DNA of 64,000 nucleotides from the human T2T-CHM13v2.0 reference genome, Homo sapiens, in assembly GCF_009914755.1 (NCBI RefSeq), contig NC_060932.1. One strand, 5' to 3'. The notes beneath the pieces were generated by a model that did not search any database, was not told the origin of the DNA, and saw only the letters and a program-made list of their open reading frames with translations. The position numbers and the translations under genes are program-made. Below, one piece after another: positions 44,770-64,000 of this stretch; positions within the stretch are counted from its first letter, which is position 1; each line of letters opens with the position of its first letter.

Positions 44770-47179
44770 GACTGAAACTCTTAAGAGCCAAAACTATAAA
44801 ACCATTAGATGAAAATATAGGGGAATGTCTTGATGACACTGCGTTTGGCAGTGATTTCTTGGATATGACACCAAAAGCACAGGCAACAAAGGAAAAAAAT
44901 AGTTAAGTTGAACTCTATCAAAATTTGGAAGTTTCCTGCATCAAAGAACACTGTCAAAAGAGTGAAAAGTCAACCCATACAGTGTGAAAAGATTTTCAAA
45001 TTGTATATCTGCTAATGGATTACTATCCAGAATATATAGGGAATTCCTATAATTCAATGTCAAAAAAAAAAAAAAAACAGCCCAGTTCAAAAATGAGCAA
45101 AGGACTATAATGGACATTTATCCAAAAAAGATATACTAATTGCCAATAAACACATGAAAAACACTCCACATCATTAGTCTTTAGGGTAATGCAAATCAAA
45201 GCCGCAATGAAATACCACTTTTTGATCAAAGACCACTGAGAATAACAATTGTTGGCAAAGATGCAAAGAAATTGGAATGCTTTTGCACTTCTGCTGGAAA
45301 TATAAGAAGGCACAATTACTAAGGAAAACAGTTCGGGAAATGAAAGTGTTCTGGAAGTAGATAATGTTGAAGGTTATATAACATCATGTATATACTTAAT
45401 GCCTCAGAATAGTCCACTTAAAATGGTCAAAATGATAATATGTTTTATGACAATAAAAATGGATATAAAAAGAAGGGAGCAATTAAAAGTTATTATTGGC
45501 TACTTCTTCTCTGGTGTTTGTTTCAGTTCATAAATTAGTTTTCTAACCCAAATTCATACTTGTGTAGTAAATTTACAATTTATAATAAAATATTTAGTAA
45601 AACTTAGTTCTCATATTAGGAATGGGTATATTGAATTAAGGGCAATAATTCCTTTATTGTAATGTCTGTGAGCTCACAAGTTTCCAAAATTCCAGTTATG
45701 CCCCAACTGATTAATCATTAGACTTATAAATAGTATAAGAGTGGTGATTGCAGACTTTTACATTCATGTTCACTGTATGCCGGTACATTGCCCAATTCCT
45801 GAATCTCCTTTAACCTTGCAGTAACCCTCAGAGTTTTTCTGTATCTTCCCCATTTTCTATACAGTCTCCCTGAAAGTAGTAAATGCTGCACAGGAAGGCT
45901 GCAGTCAAGGCCTTGCTGTGTTGAACAAAGCTGTAGCTTGTTGCAGACGTCCCTGTGCTAGTCTGCTGCTCTGGGGCTAACCCCTCCTTCACATTGTCTC
46001 CTAGGAGAGATTGGGATGATGGCTGTCACCCTGCAAGGTCTGATCATGTAACTCAAGAAGTCTTGGTAGAGAGCTTGTGTCTGACTGACCTGAAGGGTGG
46101 ACACTCTGTTGAGACCACTGATGAGGTGGCCACAGAGGGAGAAGTGATGACCAGCGTTCCAGGAGAGTGTTCTGGGTTAAGGGGCCAGTGGGTCACAGGA
46201 GAAATTCTTCAGAGAATTGTAACATAATATTTTGCAAAGTATTACAGGTGTTCAAGGGTCAAGTAAAACACTGCTGATATCACACATGTAGTGTAAACTA
46301 AGTGAAGTCATAGAGGTGAGATGTGCTATTTTGTTTCTGAAAGAATGTGAGTTATTGAGAGGATACTGTACTTTTTCTATCTAGAGCACAGTTTATTTAC
46401 TTCAGAGAAGCTAGACATCACTGACCTCAAAATAAGTAATTTTCATGCAACAACCCAAGTAATTACCTGTCAGAGATATAAGATAGTTTTGATCTAGCTT
46501 TGAAGCCCTGGTTAAGGACTTTATAGTTAGAGCAATAAACTTATGGTTAAATATTAAACATTATTGAATGAATGGAATGCTTCATATCTAATGCAGCCTC
46601 TCAATGGGTCCATTTTTATTCTTTATCACAAAGGTAAAGACTGGAAAAGCAAACAATTTCACTGCTTAAGAAAATCTTTCCTTTCTGGCCGTGGTCTTCT
46701 GGGGGTCGGGTGTTAACCAGCACACCCATGAGTTTACTGGCCTCAGTACAACCTGCGATTGCCTGGATGGTCAGGCTGTGCCAGCCCCTGCACTCTCTCC
46801 AGGGCTGCCGCCTGGAAGAACACACCACTTAGCACACTCATGCTTTTGGACACATAACACACCCGTCAGGTTAATTATATACATGAACAAAATATTTTAT
46901 AATTTAATACAGATTTATTCTAGCTTACAGGGTCTTGGAAGCAAGCATATTCTCTGTCTTCTGTGAGTTCACAGCTTAGAAGCATAACGTGTTATACCCA
47001 CACATGTCCCAGCTAGAATGAAGAAGGTTTTCCTTACTTTTTCCAGCTTGTTTTCTTTTTTCAACATAATCTATAAGCTAAAGGCAAAGGATTAGGATAG
47101 AGATGGCCTTTGACTTGGCTTGTTCTCAAAATGATAGGGGCTTATTGTGATCACTGAGGGTTCCCATTGTGTCTCCCCG

Positions 47180-47430
47180 CTTTGTGGGCTCTGTGAATTC
47201 TTCCTGGAGTAACCTTTCCCACCCCTGGTCTGCCTGAAAAGCTCATAATTCTCCTGCTGCTTTCCTTTGTACCTTCACTGCCATCTTTTTCCCAACGCTG
47301 GACATACTTGGTCCCTCTATTGTGCATGACACCATGGTGCCTTCCACACGCGTCTATTTTAGCACATTCAATAGGATCTGTGGTTGTATTTCTGCCTTCT
47401 TTTCTACACTATGAGCTTCTGGAGTGCAGG
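47180..47430 (+). mobile_element. L2 fragment
   Basis: ttcctggagtaacctttccc...tctgccttcttttctacactatgagcttctggagtgcagg. Confidence 0.5.
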
Positions 47431-49563
47431 CAAGTATGATTTGTGGCTTAAATGGAAATCTTGGCTTTGCAAGACCAGTGTAGCCATATAGTCTTCATGT
47501 TTTCTCACAGGATCTGGAAATTAGATCCCAACTGATTTGTGAGGAACCAGGAGGAGGATGGGAATTTGTATGCTAGTATTTGCAGCTATGAAAATACATG
47601 GTTCAGTGAATCATCCTACCCCAGCTAAGATACAAATGGTTGGAAAGTTTTTATTCTCATCCACACCTTATAGGCCAGAGGGCTTACAGTAGGAGAGGTA
47701 GGTGGTGTTCACCCAACAATAGTGCTTTCTTGCTAAATTGGTGCCAAGCAGACAAGGAGAACACGAGCAGGCATGATTGCTGGGCTTCCAGTTGTTCTCA
47801 CGTAGGCGAGTTCTCTTTCCAACCTGTGTGATCATGCTATCTAGAATCCCTTCAGCATTCCTTATTGAGTGAAAAAAACTGACCAAAAGGAAAAATATCA
47901 AACCTGTCTGATGAATGATTGCTAAGTGGAGGTCCTGTCTTTCTATATATTTGACCGTGAATCCTCAGCATATTGTGGAGTATAGTTCTCATAAAATAGG
48001 TCTTTTAATTCTGTGTCGAATACCCATGTGTATTCTGAAAATTCAGAAGTAGTATTTTGAAAATGTCTTATTTATTGTAGGCTTAATAATTTTTCTCAAT
48101 AAATATGCTGTCTTTAGCTGTTTGAGAGATACAATCTTGTGGGAATAATGCAAAGGGTATAAATGTGGGAATGCCAGTGCCTATTATTCTAGCCCCAGTC
48201 ACAACATCTCACTCCCAGGAGTAATTCTGAGTGTTGGTTCTCTTTCTGGTGGGAGTGACGGGCAGCTCTTTGCCTTTAGGAGATCTGTGAACTGGTCAGG
48301 CTGCCGTCTGGCATATTTTCTCCTTCAGACAAATCAGTAATGTGAAAATGGAGTTCTCAATCTCTTCCCTTTTCAAAGTTGGCTTCAGATATTTTTCTGT
48401 GTCAACAAAAAAGATAAAACACCTGTTTGATTTATTCTGACATCTAGAATCCTAAGGGTTTTTTAAAGAATTGATTTAAGAAATGAGAATTCAGTCCAAC
48501 ACAGAGTTAATTTATTACCTGTTCTCTTTTGTAGAATGTCAGTAGAATTTGTTATTTTCATGTTGCAGAGAAGAGTACAGTTTTTAACTGTAATTGATTT
48601 GCTGAAAGCAGTTACATCTGTGGCTAAGCCATAAGTAACATTTAATTCTTTGGCTTTTAGGTCAGCTTGGATTTTATCTATTGTCATTTTTCCCAGTAGT
48701 TTCAAAAACACAAAGTTATGGAAAGCCAATTCTGTTATGTTGCTTTAAGCTCCTTTAGACCTCTGGTGAAGCAGCTTGATGTTCCTGGAAGTGTTTCATA
48801 GATTTTCTTCAACTACTAACATGACAGTGGACAAATAAGAGAGTGTGTTGGGAAAGGAAGCTTTTTATTTGTACCACTTGAAACAGCAATATTGTCCTCA
48901 CATGCAGCTCAGAAGATGAATGTAGCTGAGTTCGTATACCTGCTGGTCCCTTCTCTCCTGGGTTAGCCGATCTGCTAGGAAGACAGGCTGTTAGCACACC
49001 CTGCCCTCAATTCACATTTCTCCCAGGGCATGCCCTGCCGGGCCCAGAGCATGCTCGGATTGGAGTGCAGTCATGAAAGATAGCAAAGATGTCTGGTCTG
49101 TTGTCTCATACTTACTTTATTTTTAACTTCTTTCCTACCTGTCATGTAAAGAAACAGATACTGAGGAATAGTTGTGTGTCAGACCATTATTTTGTAATTA
49201 AAATAATCCGAAGATCATGCAGTGATCTTTAAAGCCATGCACTAACTTAAAGAATAATTTCTATTACAATAAAATTGCAAGTAAAATATCACTTTGATAA
49301 TCTTTAGGTAATGGGTAGCCTTGTATGTACCTAAGCATTTGAATGTAACTCTTTTCTGTGAAAGAAAAATTATAATAAAAGGCTACATGTTTCTTGCCTT
49401 TTATGTCACTTGGAGAATGCAGTGCTGAGGAGAGGAAATAATAAGTGTATTGGTACTAGAGCCAAGAAGACACATATAAAATGATCCAAAAAGATAAGAA
49501 GTAAATGGTTAAGGTTTCTTTATCTAAACCAATACAGTATCCGCCCCCCGCACCCCTTTTTGT

Positions 49564-49596
49564 AAAGCCAGTCAAATTTAGCAGTGGAAGAGTTGT
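49564..49596 (-). pseudogene. 5'-truncated Y4 RNA (RNY4) retrocopy fragment
   Basis: aaagccagtcaaatttagcagtgg is the reverse complement of the hY4 3' end (CCACUGCUAAAUUUGACUGGCUUU); short T-run before it; candidate TSD atacagtat / atacaatat. Confidence 0.8.
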
Positions 49597-50779
49597 GGGA
49601 GGTTTGATACAATATTATAACTGGAAAAAGAAAAGTCTATTTTTTTGGTTATTGGTTTCTTTTTAATAAAAGACATAGCATTTAAGAAATGTTTATAGAT
49701 CATTTAAGAGGAAATACAGTTGTTAGATTTACCTCTTTGAGGTTTTTCTTACAGAAATTGTTTCTAGCCTTCTGTGATGTGTGAATATCAGGCAGGACCA
49801 ATTTAAGGGTAGCCATTGTAACACAAAAGTTAAAGCTTTTGTGTATTCATTAAGTTGGGTAGCCATTGTGTTACAGTGTCGAAGTGTGACAGTGTTCTTG
49901 GAGCTGTGAGTTTAGGCATTGCTTGACGGATGGTCTGTTGTGTCTACGCTCCAGGGGACTGCCATGAAATAACAGGGTTCAGCTACTGGAGGGCAGAGTT
50001 ATAAGAGCACTGGCATTGGAGTGATGGCTCTTGAGTTTGTGATCGAGATTGGACAGGCTCCTTGATTGCCACGAATTCCCTTTTCCACAGCTGTGACACA
50101 GCATTTACAGCTACTTCATTAGGGTGATGAGGAGATATGAAAATACCATGTGAAAGCACCCAGCATGCGGCCAATAAGCAGCAGCAGTTCAATAAATGAT
50201 AGTCCAGTTTGATTGCAGTTAAGTTGCAAGACACAGTCGTGCCATTGTGAGTCACACAGTTCCCCGCAGGTGGCCTTCTGTTCCTCCTGAGACACACCTT
50301 GCCCCTTTCTCACCTCACCACCTCCGAGACTCCCTTCACCCCTGCCTGGACCACCCCAACCCAGTCCTTCTGATTCTTCACCGAACTAAGGGTGTGTCTA
50401 AGTCACCAGTTCTCATTTATTTGCTTGTTTATTTTTCATCCTATCTTGTTTAAAAATTGATTTTAATTGGCTTAGAAAAATACCAGGATTCACAGAATGC
50501 ACAAATCTGTATGCAAGAGAAGCAGCAGGCTGCGTTAAAGTAGGAGACTCGGTCAACACCAAGGCTCAGGGCTCTGCCCAAAAACAGATCTGTTAACAAG
50601 AAAAACAGCAATATCTGGTAGTGACACCTTAGAAAAATTTCCTTATGAGGAGGAAGCTATAATACAGAAATAAAATAATACAGGAGAACAAATATAACCT
50701 GTTTAAATGAGAACAATTTCTGTTAATATCTGTTAGTACAAGCTGCCAGAGTAACAGCTCAGTGAAATTGTATATTCTG

Positions 50780-51230
<451 letters not shown>

Positions 51231-51469
51231 AATGCTCAATTAATTTTAACTATTTTATCATTCATAGTAATTTGTAATATTTCATATAGTAGAGGTAATT
51301 TTAGAAATCTAGTCCTGGAATATTCCTTAAGCTATCTAGAGGAGAGAGTAAAAGAGCCAAACTTTTAAGCTACTGCTCAATAAATGATGGCTTCTTGCAG
51401 ATTGTCCCTCAATAAGTATTAAAGTGGCAGTGAGTTTAAAGTTATACTGCTGGCATACTTTCATCCTTT

Positions 51470-52200
51470 GTTTCATTCAGTGAATATCTTTAGTGTGGAG
51501 TGCTGAGGATGCAGCCATTTCAGGGTCTTGGTAGAAATGACCATCCTGTAAGTAGACAGTTGCCACACAGGGTGCAGGGGGAGCCTGCCAGGGCTCAGAG
51601 GGGAGCATGGGGAGGCAGAGCCCTAGGGGAGGCACCCCCAGGAAAGACAGCTGCGCTTAGCTGGGAAGGAGGAATTGGAGGGGCTGGCTGCAGGATTAGG
51701 GGCAGCAAGGGGCAGGGTAACTTGCCCAAGTGGAACATGTGAAGGGGAAGTGGTATGGTTGAAGCTAGAGTTGAAGGTTGAAGCTAGAGTGCTAGCAGCA
51801 CCCAGGGCGTGAAGGGCTGACACTTCGTGTGAGGAAAAGATGCAGTATGGAAGGCACAAGGAGTACCAGAGGACACGCATCAGGTCTGTGTTTTAGAAAA
51901 CCCGACAGAAATAATGTGAAGAATGAATTGAGGGTGGGCTGGGCATCCAGCCTGACGACAAACACACCTCTGAGGAAGCAAAAAGCAGTGAGAGGAGGAG
52001 CAACCAGCGGGGTGGTGACAGCGTGGTGGGGAGGATTAACCAGCAGCAAGAAGGGACAGACTTCTGAGAGTGCCAAGGATGAGGATTGGGGTTGTGCGTG
52101 ACAGTTTCATCTTGGAAGTTTTAGGCTGCCATGACTGGGAGATGGTGGCACCTTCACAGAGACAGAAGAAGCAGGAAGGACAGACCTCGGTTATGTTTCA
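51470..52200 (-). mobile_element. L2 fragments
   Basis: ttcattcagtgaatat..., ggtctgtgttttagaaaa, gactgggagatggtggcacc. Confidence 0.5.
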
Positions 52201-52813
52201 TTTCTTGGTTGAGTGCAGATGAACTAACTGCTTTAAAAGTCAGCTGAGGTTGCAGAAAGTGAGGAGCCTAAGATCAGCATGTGCCGGAACACAGCACTGG
52301 GGAGCCCCTGCTGCAGAGCCACATTCATCCTAGCAAGGACAGTTTGGGTTCATATGAACACACAGTCACTGTGGTTTAAGTCTTCAAGATTCTTCTCCAA
52401 AAAGTGGCAGCATTTCTCAGTGTTCACAGATACTCATCTCTCCATCAAAAAGGAGATCCCAGTAAAATGCTCATAAAGTGTAATTGCTGTGAGACATCAG
52501 GTGGACCTTCCTAAATTGGCTATGAAGTGTGTAACTGAATGCTTTACCTACAATTATAGCTCTAAACCTGTTGAATGTAGGGAAATATTCACCACAGAAG
52601 ATAACTTTGATTTCTGAGGAATTAATTGGAAGCCGTGTTTAATTAGCAGAGGCACTTACTCATCCAAGCCGTTCTTAGCTTGTTGTAATAATACATGATT
52701 TGCTTTTGAGTTGTTTTTTTCCATTTGTTCTTTGTTTTGGTTAGGAAGGTATTCATCTCATCCAAAAGTGATATAAAATCAGTGAAAAAAAAAATTTAAA
52801 GAAAGGGATGTGG

Positions 52814-53171
<358 letters not shown>

Positions 53172-55089
53172 TTATAAGAGAAGGTTTCCCCTGCTCTGAC
53201 TCCCATAGCAGGTACAACTTCTGTCTCAAGGTCATAAACAGGCTCCTGTGGTGAGCTTAGCAGCACAGCCCACAGCGGAATTCCACTCCCCAAGTAAAGT
53301 GGGGCAGTAGGGGGGAATGCAGGGAGAGCTGCACCTGATCCTGTGGCTGAGGTTCTCCTTCAGGTGGTAAAGCAGCCATGAGCAGGGGCTGGGGAGTGGC
53401 CTGAAGCCAGCCTGCTCTTTTCAGACCAGGAAGGGAGGGGCTCAGGGCAACTTGTCAGAAAGGAATTCGCTACACATTCTAGTGGAAAGTTCTTGTAGAC
53501 TAATAGAACTGTAAGTTTGGGGAAGTAAGGCTTATCAGTTTTAGAAAGCAGAATAGCTTGTGCCCAAGAACTGAACAGCAGCTAGGAACACTAACAGTTC
53601 AAGTCCATAGTGCTGTGAGAACTACAATAGCTTCTTCAGTGTTTAGCATCCAGTTTCTCTTAGTTTGTGCCTCATGATGTTTTGAGCTTTAAATGAATCA
53701 CAGTAAAAAGATTTGACCACCAGCCAAAAAAGGTGAATTCATCTCATTTGAGGCTCAGGGTGAAAGAAAAAGTAAAATAATATCTTGGAGAACTTCTTCA
53801 CCTATTTTACCAGTATTTTCCTGTTTAAAGTCTACCTAATGAAGAAAAATGTATCCATCCACTACTCATGAGAGCCTGCCTAAGTTCGAGACCAGCCTGG
53901 CCACAGTTGAATACTGTGCTGGGCACTGAAGATTTAGAGGTGAATATAAAGAAAAGGCAAGATGGATTTAATGTCTAAAGTAGAAGATTAGGAGGAAAGC
54001 AATTAAGCAGTTACCTGATTTAAAATGTTACCCTACAGTGTTCATGGAATTGTTTAAAAGCTATATCTTAGATACAAACATGTTTGTCTCTTAATGTGTG
54101 GGTTAAGTATTTGATTAGATGAGTATGTCCTAATTGAGTAATCCAGGAGGAAAGGTCCTAAATCCCTGAAAGTAATAGCATGTACTATTTTGTTAAAATG
54201 TAAGGTCTGTACTTGAAACTTTCCAGCTCTTAAAAATGAGGAAATTCCAAGCATTCTGCACTAATAGATAGTGTTAGTGGGTAGTTGGTGGATGACGTCA
54301 AATGTCAGAATGGTGAACAGCTTCGTTCATATAAACTGAAAGTGTACAATCTGGGATCAAGTGTTCTCGCTGCTCTCAGGGATCGGCGCACAGCCTGTGT
54401 GCTCCCATGTGGCCTGACTTGGATTTCAGAGTTTATATGAGGCACAGCTGAGAGTCTGGAAAAGGCACAGCATCTTCTCCTTCCTGTCCAGATGAGCCAA
54501 GTGAGCAGGAAGGGTCTCAGCATCTATTCCTGAGGCCCTATGAGAGGTTTCTTCATTCCTTTATAATGATTAAGCCCTACATTGGGAATGGGTTTGATTT
54601 GTCATTGTACAAACTTCAGAGGCTTTAATGGTAATTTTATTAACCTTGCTGGACCTTATGGAATGTTGATAAAAGCAACCACTCTTTGTTATGAAAGCAA
54701 AAAGAGACATTGAAAAGTTAGTTCAAGATAATTGGCAAAGCCAGCTGCCATGATGAGATTGTTGAATAGTGATGGTGGTAATGGCAGAAAAGGTGAAGGC
54801 TCTTTCTTGAAAGACAGCACAGGAATCACCGCTCTAATGCTATCTTTGTGATGTTACTGTTGAATATATGTGAGGTGCTGCTGTCTTCTGACTGACTTCT
54901 TGGTCACTATCACAGTGTTATGACTGCTATAAGGTGTAATGGTCTTTTCTCGTCATTACATTCTGTTTAGGTTTTGTATTGTATGAGAGAGATCTGGGGA
55001 AAGAGATATATAATTGGACATTTGTATATATAATGTTAAGTGAAAAACTGAGAGTTGTAATGCAGCTCTAAGTTCCAAGATTGATGGTT

Positions 55090-55307
55090 GGCCAGATGCG
55101 TTGGCTCATGCCTGTAATTCCAGCACATTGGGAGGCCGAGGTGGGCAGATCACTTGAGGCCAGGAGTTCGAGACCAGCCTGGCCAACATGGAGAAACTCC
55201 GTCTCTACTAAAAAAAGATAGAAAAATTAGCAAGGCAGGGTGGCACATGCCTGTAATCCCAGCTACTCTGGAGTCTGAGGCAGGAGAATCGCCTGAACCT
55301 GGGAGGC
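55090..55307 (+). mobile_element. 3'-truncated AluS abutting an L2 3'-end fragment
   Basis: Alu stops at gaacctgggaggc, then cagggcactgcctgttttgcttaccactgtatttc. Confidence 0.88.
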
Positions 55308-55997
55308 TCCATCAGGGCACTGCCTGTTTTGCTTACCACTGTATTTCTGGCCACTTCAGTGTTTGTGTTCAATGTGTATTTAATGACTATGGACAGAATG
55401 AATACAAAGGAAAAAAAAGAACTTGGAGGTAGGAAAACAATTGTGGGAGACCAGCCCATGTGAGTGACCAAGCTGATTATATGATTGACAAGGTTGACTC
55501 TACATAATTGAGTTTTAAAAAAGACTAGAAAGGACCACTTGAAGTCATTGAAGGGAACTCTCTGGAGATAGTGGAGTTCTTAGTCTCTGCCCTTTGTTCT
55601 TAAAATATTCAGCTGCATTTTAGGTAAGGTAGTGATCTGCCTTCAATTGCAAATAGTTGATAATATCACTTTTAATGTAGACTAAAGCCAACATTTTTCA
55701 TGTATTGTTCTATTTGGAGTAAATAACACATTTTGGCATGGTTCTTCATGTCTTAGCATCTGTCAGTTTTCATGTGAGGACTCAGTTTACAGGTTATATA
55801 CAGCACATGTTGAGCGTGGTCAGTGGGTATTTGTACCTGAAGTACGTACTTCCCTTCTGTTGCTGATATTGTCATGAGCAGTTCCACCCTCAGTGTTTAC
55901 CTCTATGCTTTGAAATCTTCTCTCAAACGCATATTCATTCCTATTTTTTGTACCCTTTGGGATTCCTCAATCTCATATACATCTTTCCATTTCTGAC

Positions 55998-56178
55998 CTA
56001 ATCCCAGCACTTTGGGAGGCTGAGCCGAGCATAGTGGGGTGTGCCTATAGTCCCAGCTACTCAGGAGGCTGAGGTGGGAAGATCACCTGAGCCCGGGAGC
56101 TGGAGGTTTCAGTGAGCTCAGATGTGCCACTGCATTCCAGCCTGGGCTACAGAGCGAGGCCCTGTCTCAAAAAAAAAA
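55998..56178 (+). mobile_element. Internally deleted AluJ
   Basis: About 30 nt of left arm joined to the right arm and A tail. Confidence 0.85.
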
Positions 56179-56559
56179 GTCTCATGACTTCGTCTCCTAG
56201 ATGAGACCATCTCTAGCTGATGCCTTTGCTTGCATTCTCATGTGCAGGGCCAGCAGATACTGATGGAGCAGATGTTCTCTGAGGCTGTAGGTGCTGGGGC
56301 ACAGATCTTTTCCTCATCCTACTACCTAGTGAAGGGGAGAAATGACAAGCGAGGCAACTGCAGGTGAAAAGTGTTTGGAGAGAGGTTTCTATAGGGCTCC
56401 AGTCTATGCACTGAGCCCAGGCATAGACTTCAGAGATGCTTCCTGAAAAGAAGTTGGCAAGATATGAGGGAGGAGGGCGCAGCTCCTGATTCCTCTGACC
56501 TTTCTATTGTGGGTTTGATGCCCCCTCCCCACCTGAGTCCTCATGGGCAGCTGTGTTTT

Positions 56560-56640
56560 GTTTTTTTTTGTTTTGTTTTGTTTTGTTTGAGACAGAGTCT
56601 CGCACTGTCGCCCAAGCTGGAGTGCAGTGGTGCGATCTCA
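56560..56640 (-). mobile_element. Severely 5'-truncated Alu
   Basis: About 50 nt of Alu 3' end plus (TTTTG)n tail; perfect 13-bp TSD gcagctgtgtttt (56547-56559, 56641-56653). Confidence 0.92.
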
Positions 56641-58399
56641 GCAGCTGTGTTTTTAAGAAGTGTTTCTACTCCTTTCCTTACTCAATCCTGACCCTGTAAA
56701 ATTCCCACTTGCTGGCTGCCCCCTCCCCAAGGAAAGGCCGCCCCTCTGCCCCTCCACAGTGGGTGGTGCCCAGAGTCAGGGGACAGGTCTGGGCTTTCCT
56801 ATTCTTGCTGACCCAGCTATAGAGACCGTGCTCTTTCCCATTCAGAGAGTCATAGCTACTTGGTTTTTTTTTGTTTGTTTTGTTTTGTTTTGTTTTGTTT
56901 TGTTTGTGTGTGTGTCTTTTATTTTACGCTTGGGGTTGTCTTTTTAAAACTTTCTTTTATTCTTTTATCTTGGGATAATTACTTATTTTAAAGTAAGCCT
57001 TGTTTGTTTTTGTCTGTTAAAAATCTTTACAGCCATCCAGCTTATATCAACTTTTTTATTTCCTGCCAGGCAAAAAGAATTAATAGAAAATGGCAGCCCA
57101 AGAGGTAAGATACGCAGTCTGTCCACACCCCAAACAGGGCAGGATAAATGCCTTTCTTGGTTCTAATAAGCCCTGAAGAGATACTCCCTGTAGCACCAAG
57201 TCATTTCCCTCTGCTGCCCCTTTGAGGTGACTGTATTCCCAAAAGTAGTCAGTGTAGAGGAATGGATGGCCCGTTTAGGATAGGTAGTTGCACAGATTAT
57301 CTCTGAGGGAGGTGACTAAGAAGCTGAACTCCAAAGACAAGACAAAGGAATTGATGAACAGTATCATTCTCTTAACTCTGGGATAGGGATTCTGTGAAGG
57401 TTAATGTATGCTCTTTTTTCTAGGGAGAAGATCCCTTTATATTTGATTGTCCTGGGGATCTGTGGCCCAGAGTAAAATCAGCAGTCCCAGCTGTATAGAC
57501 TTTCAGGTTCATTATGGTTGTGATCTGAAAACCTTGGTCACCTCTGTGGTATGTGTCATTGGATTCTAGCTACTTGAGTGAAGTGGCTCCTGTGCATTCT
57601 TAGAAGCGAGTATGAGAGAGGATGGGGTGGAGTTCCAGTTTTACTAGAGAAAGCTCTCAAAAGAGAATTTTGATACCCAACTTGAAACCTGGAAAATTAC
57701 CAAGTACAGCTTCGTGTTAAAAAAAAAAAAATGTCGATGCATCTTTATCAAGTTAGCAAACGATTTCTATGATTGTCTATTTCCAGAGTAATTTGATTGA
57801 ACGGGTTCTCAGGTTTCCATAGCTGGGGTTGTAGGAGTATTCTCCACAAGCGAAGATAGACCAAGTGCTTGACACGTGACCTCACCGAAAGAAGTCACTT
57901 AATAAAGTGCGGAATGAGTGAAGGGAAGTTGCAGGTGTAATTTTCTTCACCAAAGTCAGGAACCCAATAGAAGCAATCATAGCAATGAAAATAGTAACTT
58001 TTGATGAGCGTTCACTTGTCTTTTAAGGGCTTTATACATATCAACCCTTTGAGAGCAGATCCCACTGCTCTTCGCATCTGCTGTGAATTTGTTGGTAAAG
58101 CCTAACAAGGTGGGCCATCTCACCTAGGGTGGGCTCAGCTGTCCTGGGCCAGGTCCTCCTCCTGAGGTCCTGGTGAACCTCATAGTCCTGTATGCAGCAC
58201 CTCCTTGAAGGTAAATCCATCCTCCAGAGCAGAACATGGTGGCAGAGGCACAGTGACACTGGTCCCTTATCCTCCTCATGCAGTGGCTCATGCTGTTAGG
58301 TTTCCTGAGGCTCAGTTACTGCAGATGGGTGTATTTGGGGGAGATGGTCTCGTAGTTCTGGGCATATAAAAGCAACAGTAAAAACCAGGCATCAAAAAG

Positions 58400-58582
58400 C
58401 TGATACCAGACACAATTGTGATCCTGGATTAGAAAAGAATTGTTATAAAAGACATCATTGGGACCAGTAGTAATATTTGAACATGGATTGCGTCTTGGAT
58501 TACAGTATTGTATCAATGTCACATTTCCTGAATGTGTTTACCACATTGTGGCGTTCAAAGGGAATGGCTGTGTTCTTAGAAA
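58400..58582 (+). mobile_element. Old L1ME/L1MC 3' fragment
   Basis: gatcctggattag...aaaagacatcattgggac...gtattgtatcaatgtcacatttcctga. Confidence 0.6.
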
Positions 58583-58595
58583 CAGATCCAGACCC

Positions 58596-64000
<5,405 letters not shown>

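Noticed and set aside
57870-57885. CACGTG E-box motif
   Set aside because: Single short motif with no supporting context.

Overview
Primate (human or great ape) genomic DNA from inside the SPIDR (KIAA0146) gene, transcribed on the + strand. One real coding exon is present (14062-14281, 220 nt, phase 1 to phase 2); everything else is intron. The window is dominated by transposable elements: about 20 Alu/FLAM/FAM copies, MaLR solo LTRs, L2/MIR relics, a full-length Tigger1, a ~21 kb nested L1 cluster (24463-45472) and an L1PA5-like element with an intact 5' end that runs off the right edge. Most notable observations: dense strand-specific A-to-G hypermutation, all at WA sites, inside one L1PA4/5 copy (26635-27188), which looks like a fixed footprint of ADAR hyper-editing or polymerase eta; a short L1 with a 31-nt 3' transduction; a twin-primed L1PA2; a Y4 RNA 3'-fragment retrocopy; a candidate 35-nt poison microexon; an extended L1 ORF0; and several templated-insertion junctions. 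Repeat subfamily calls and consensus comparisons are from recall and by-eye alignment, not from RepeatMasker or any database search.
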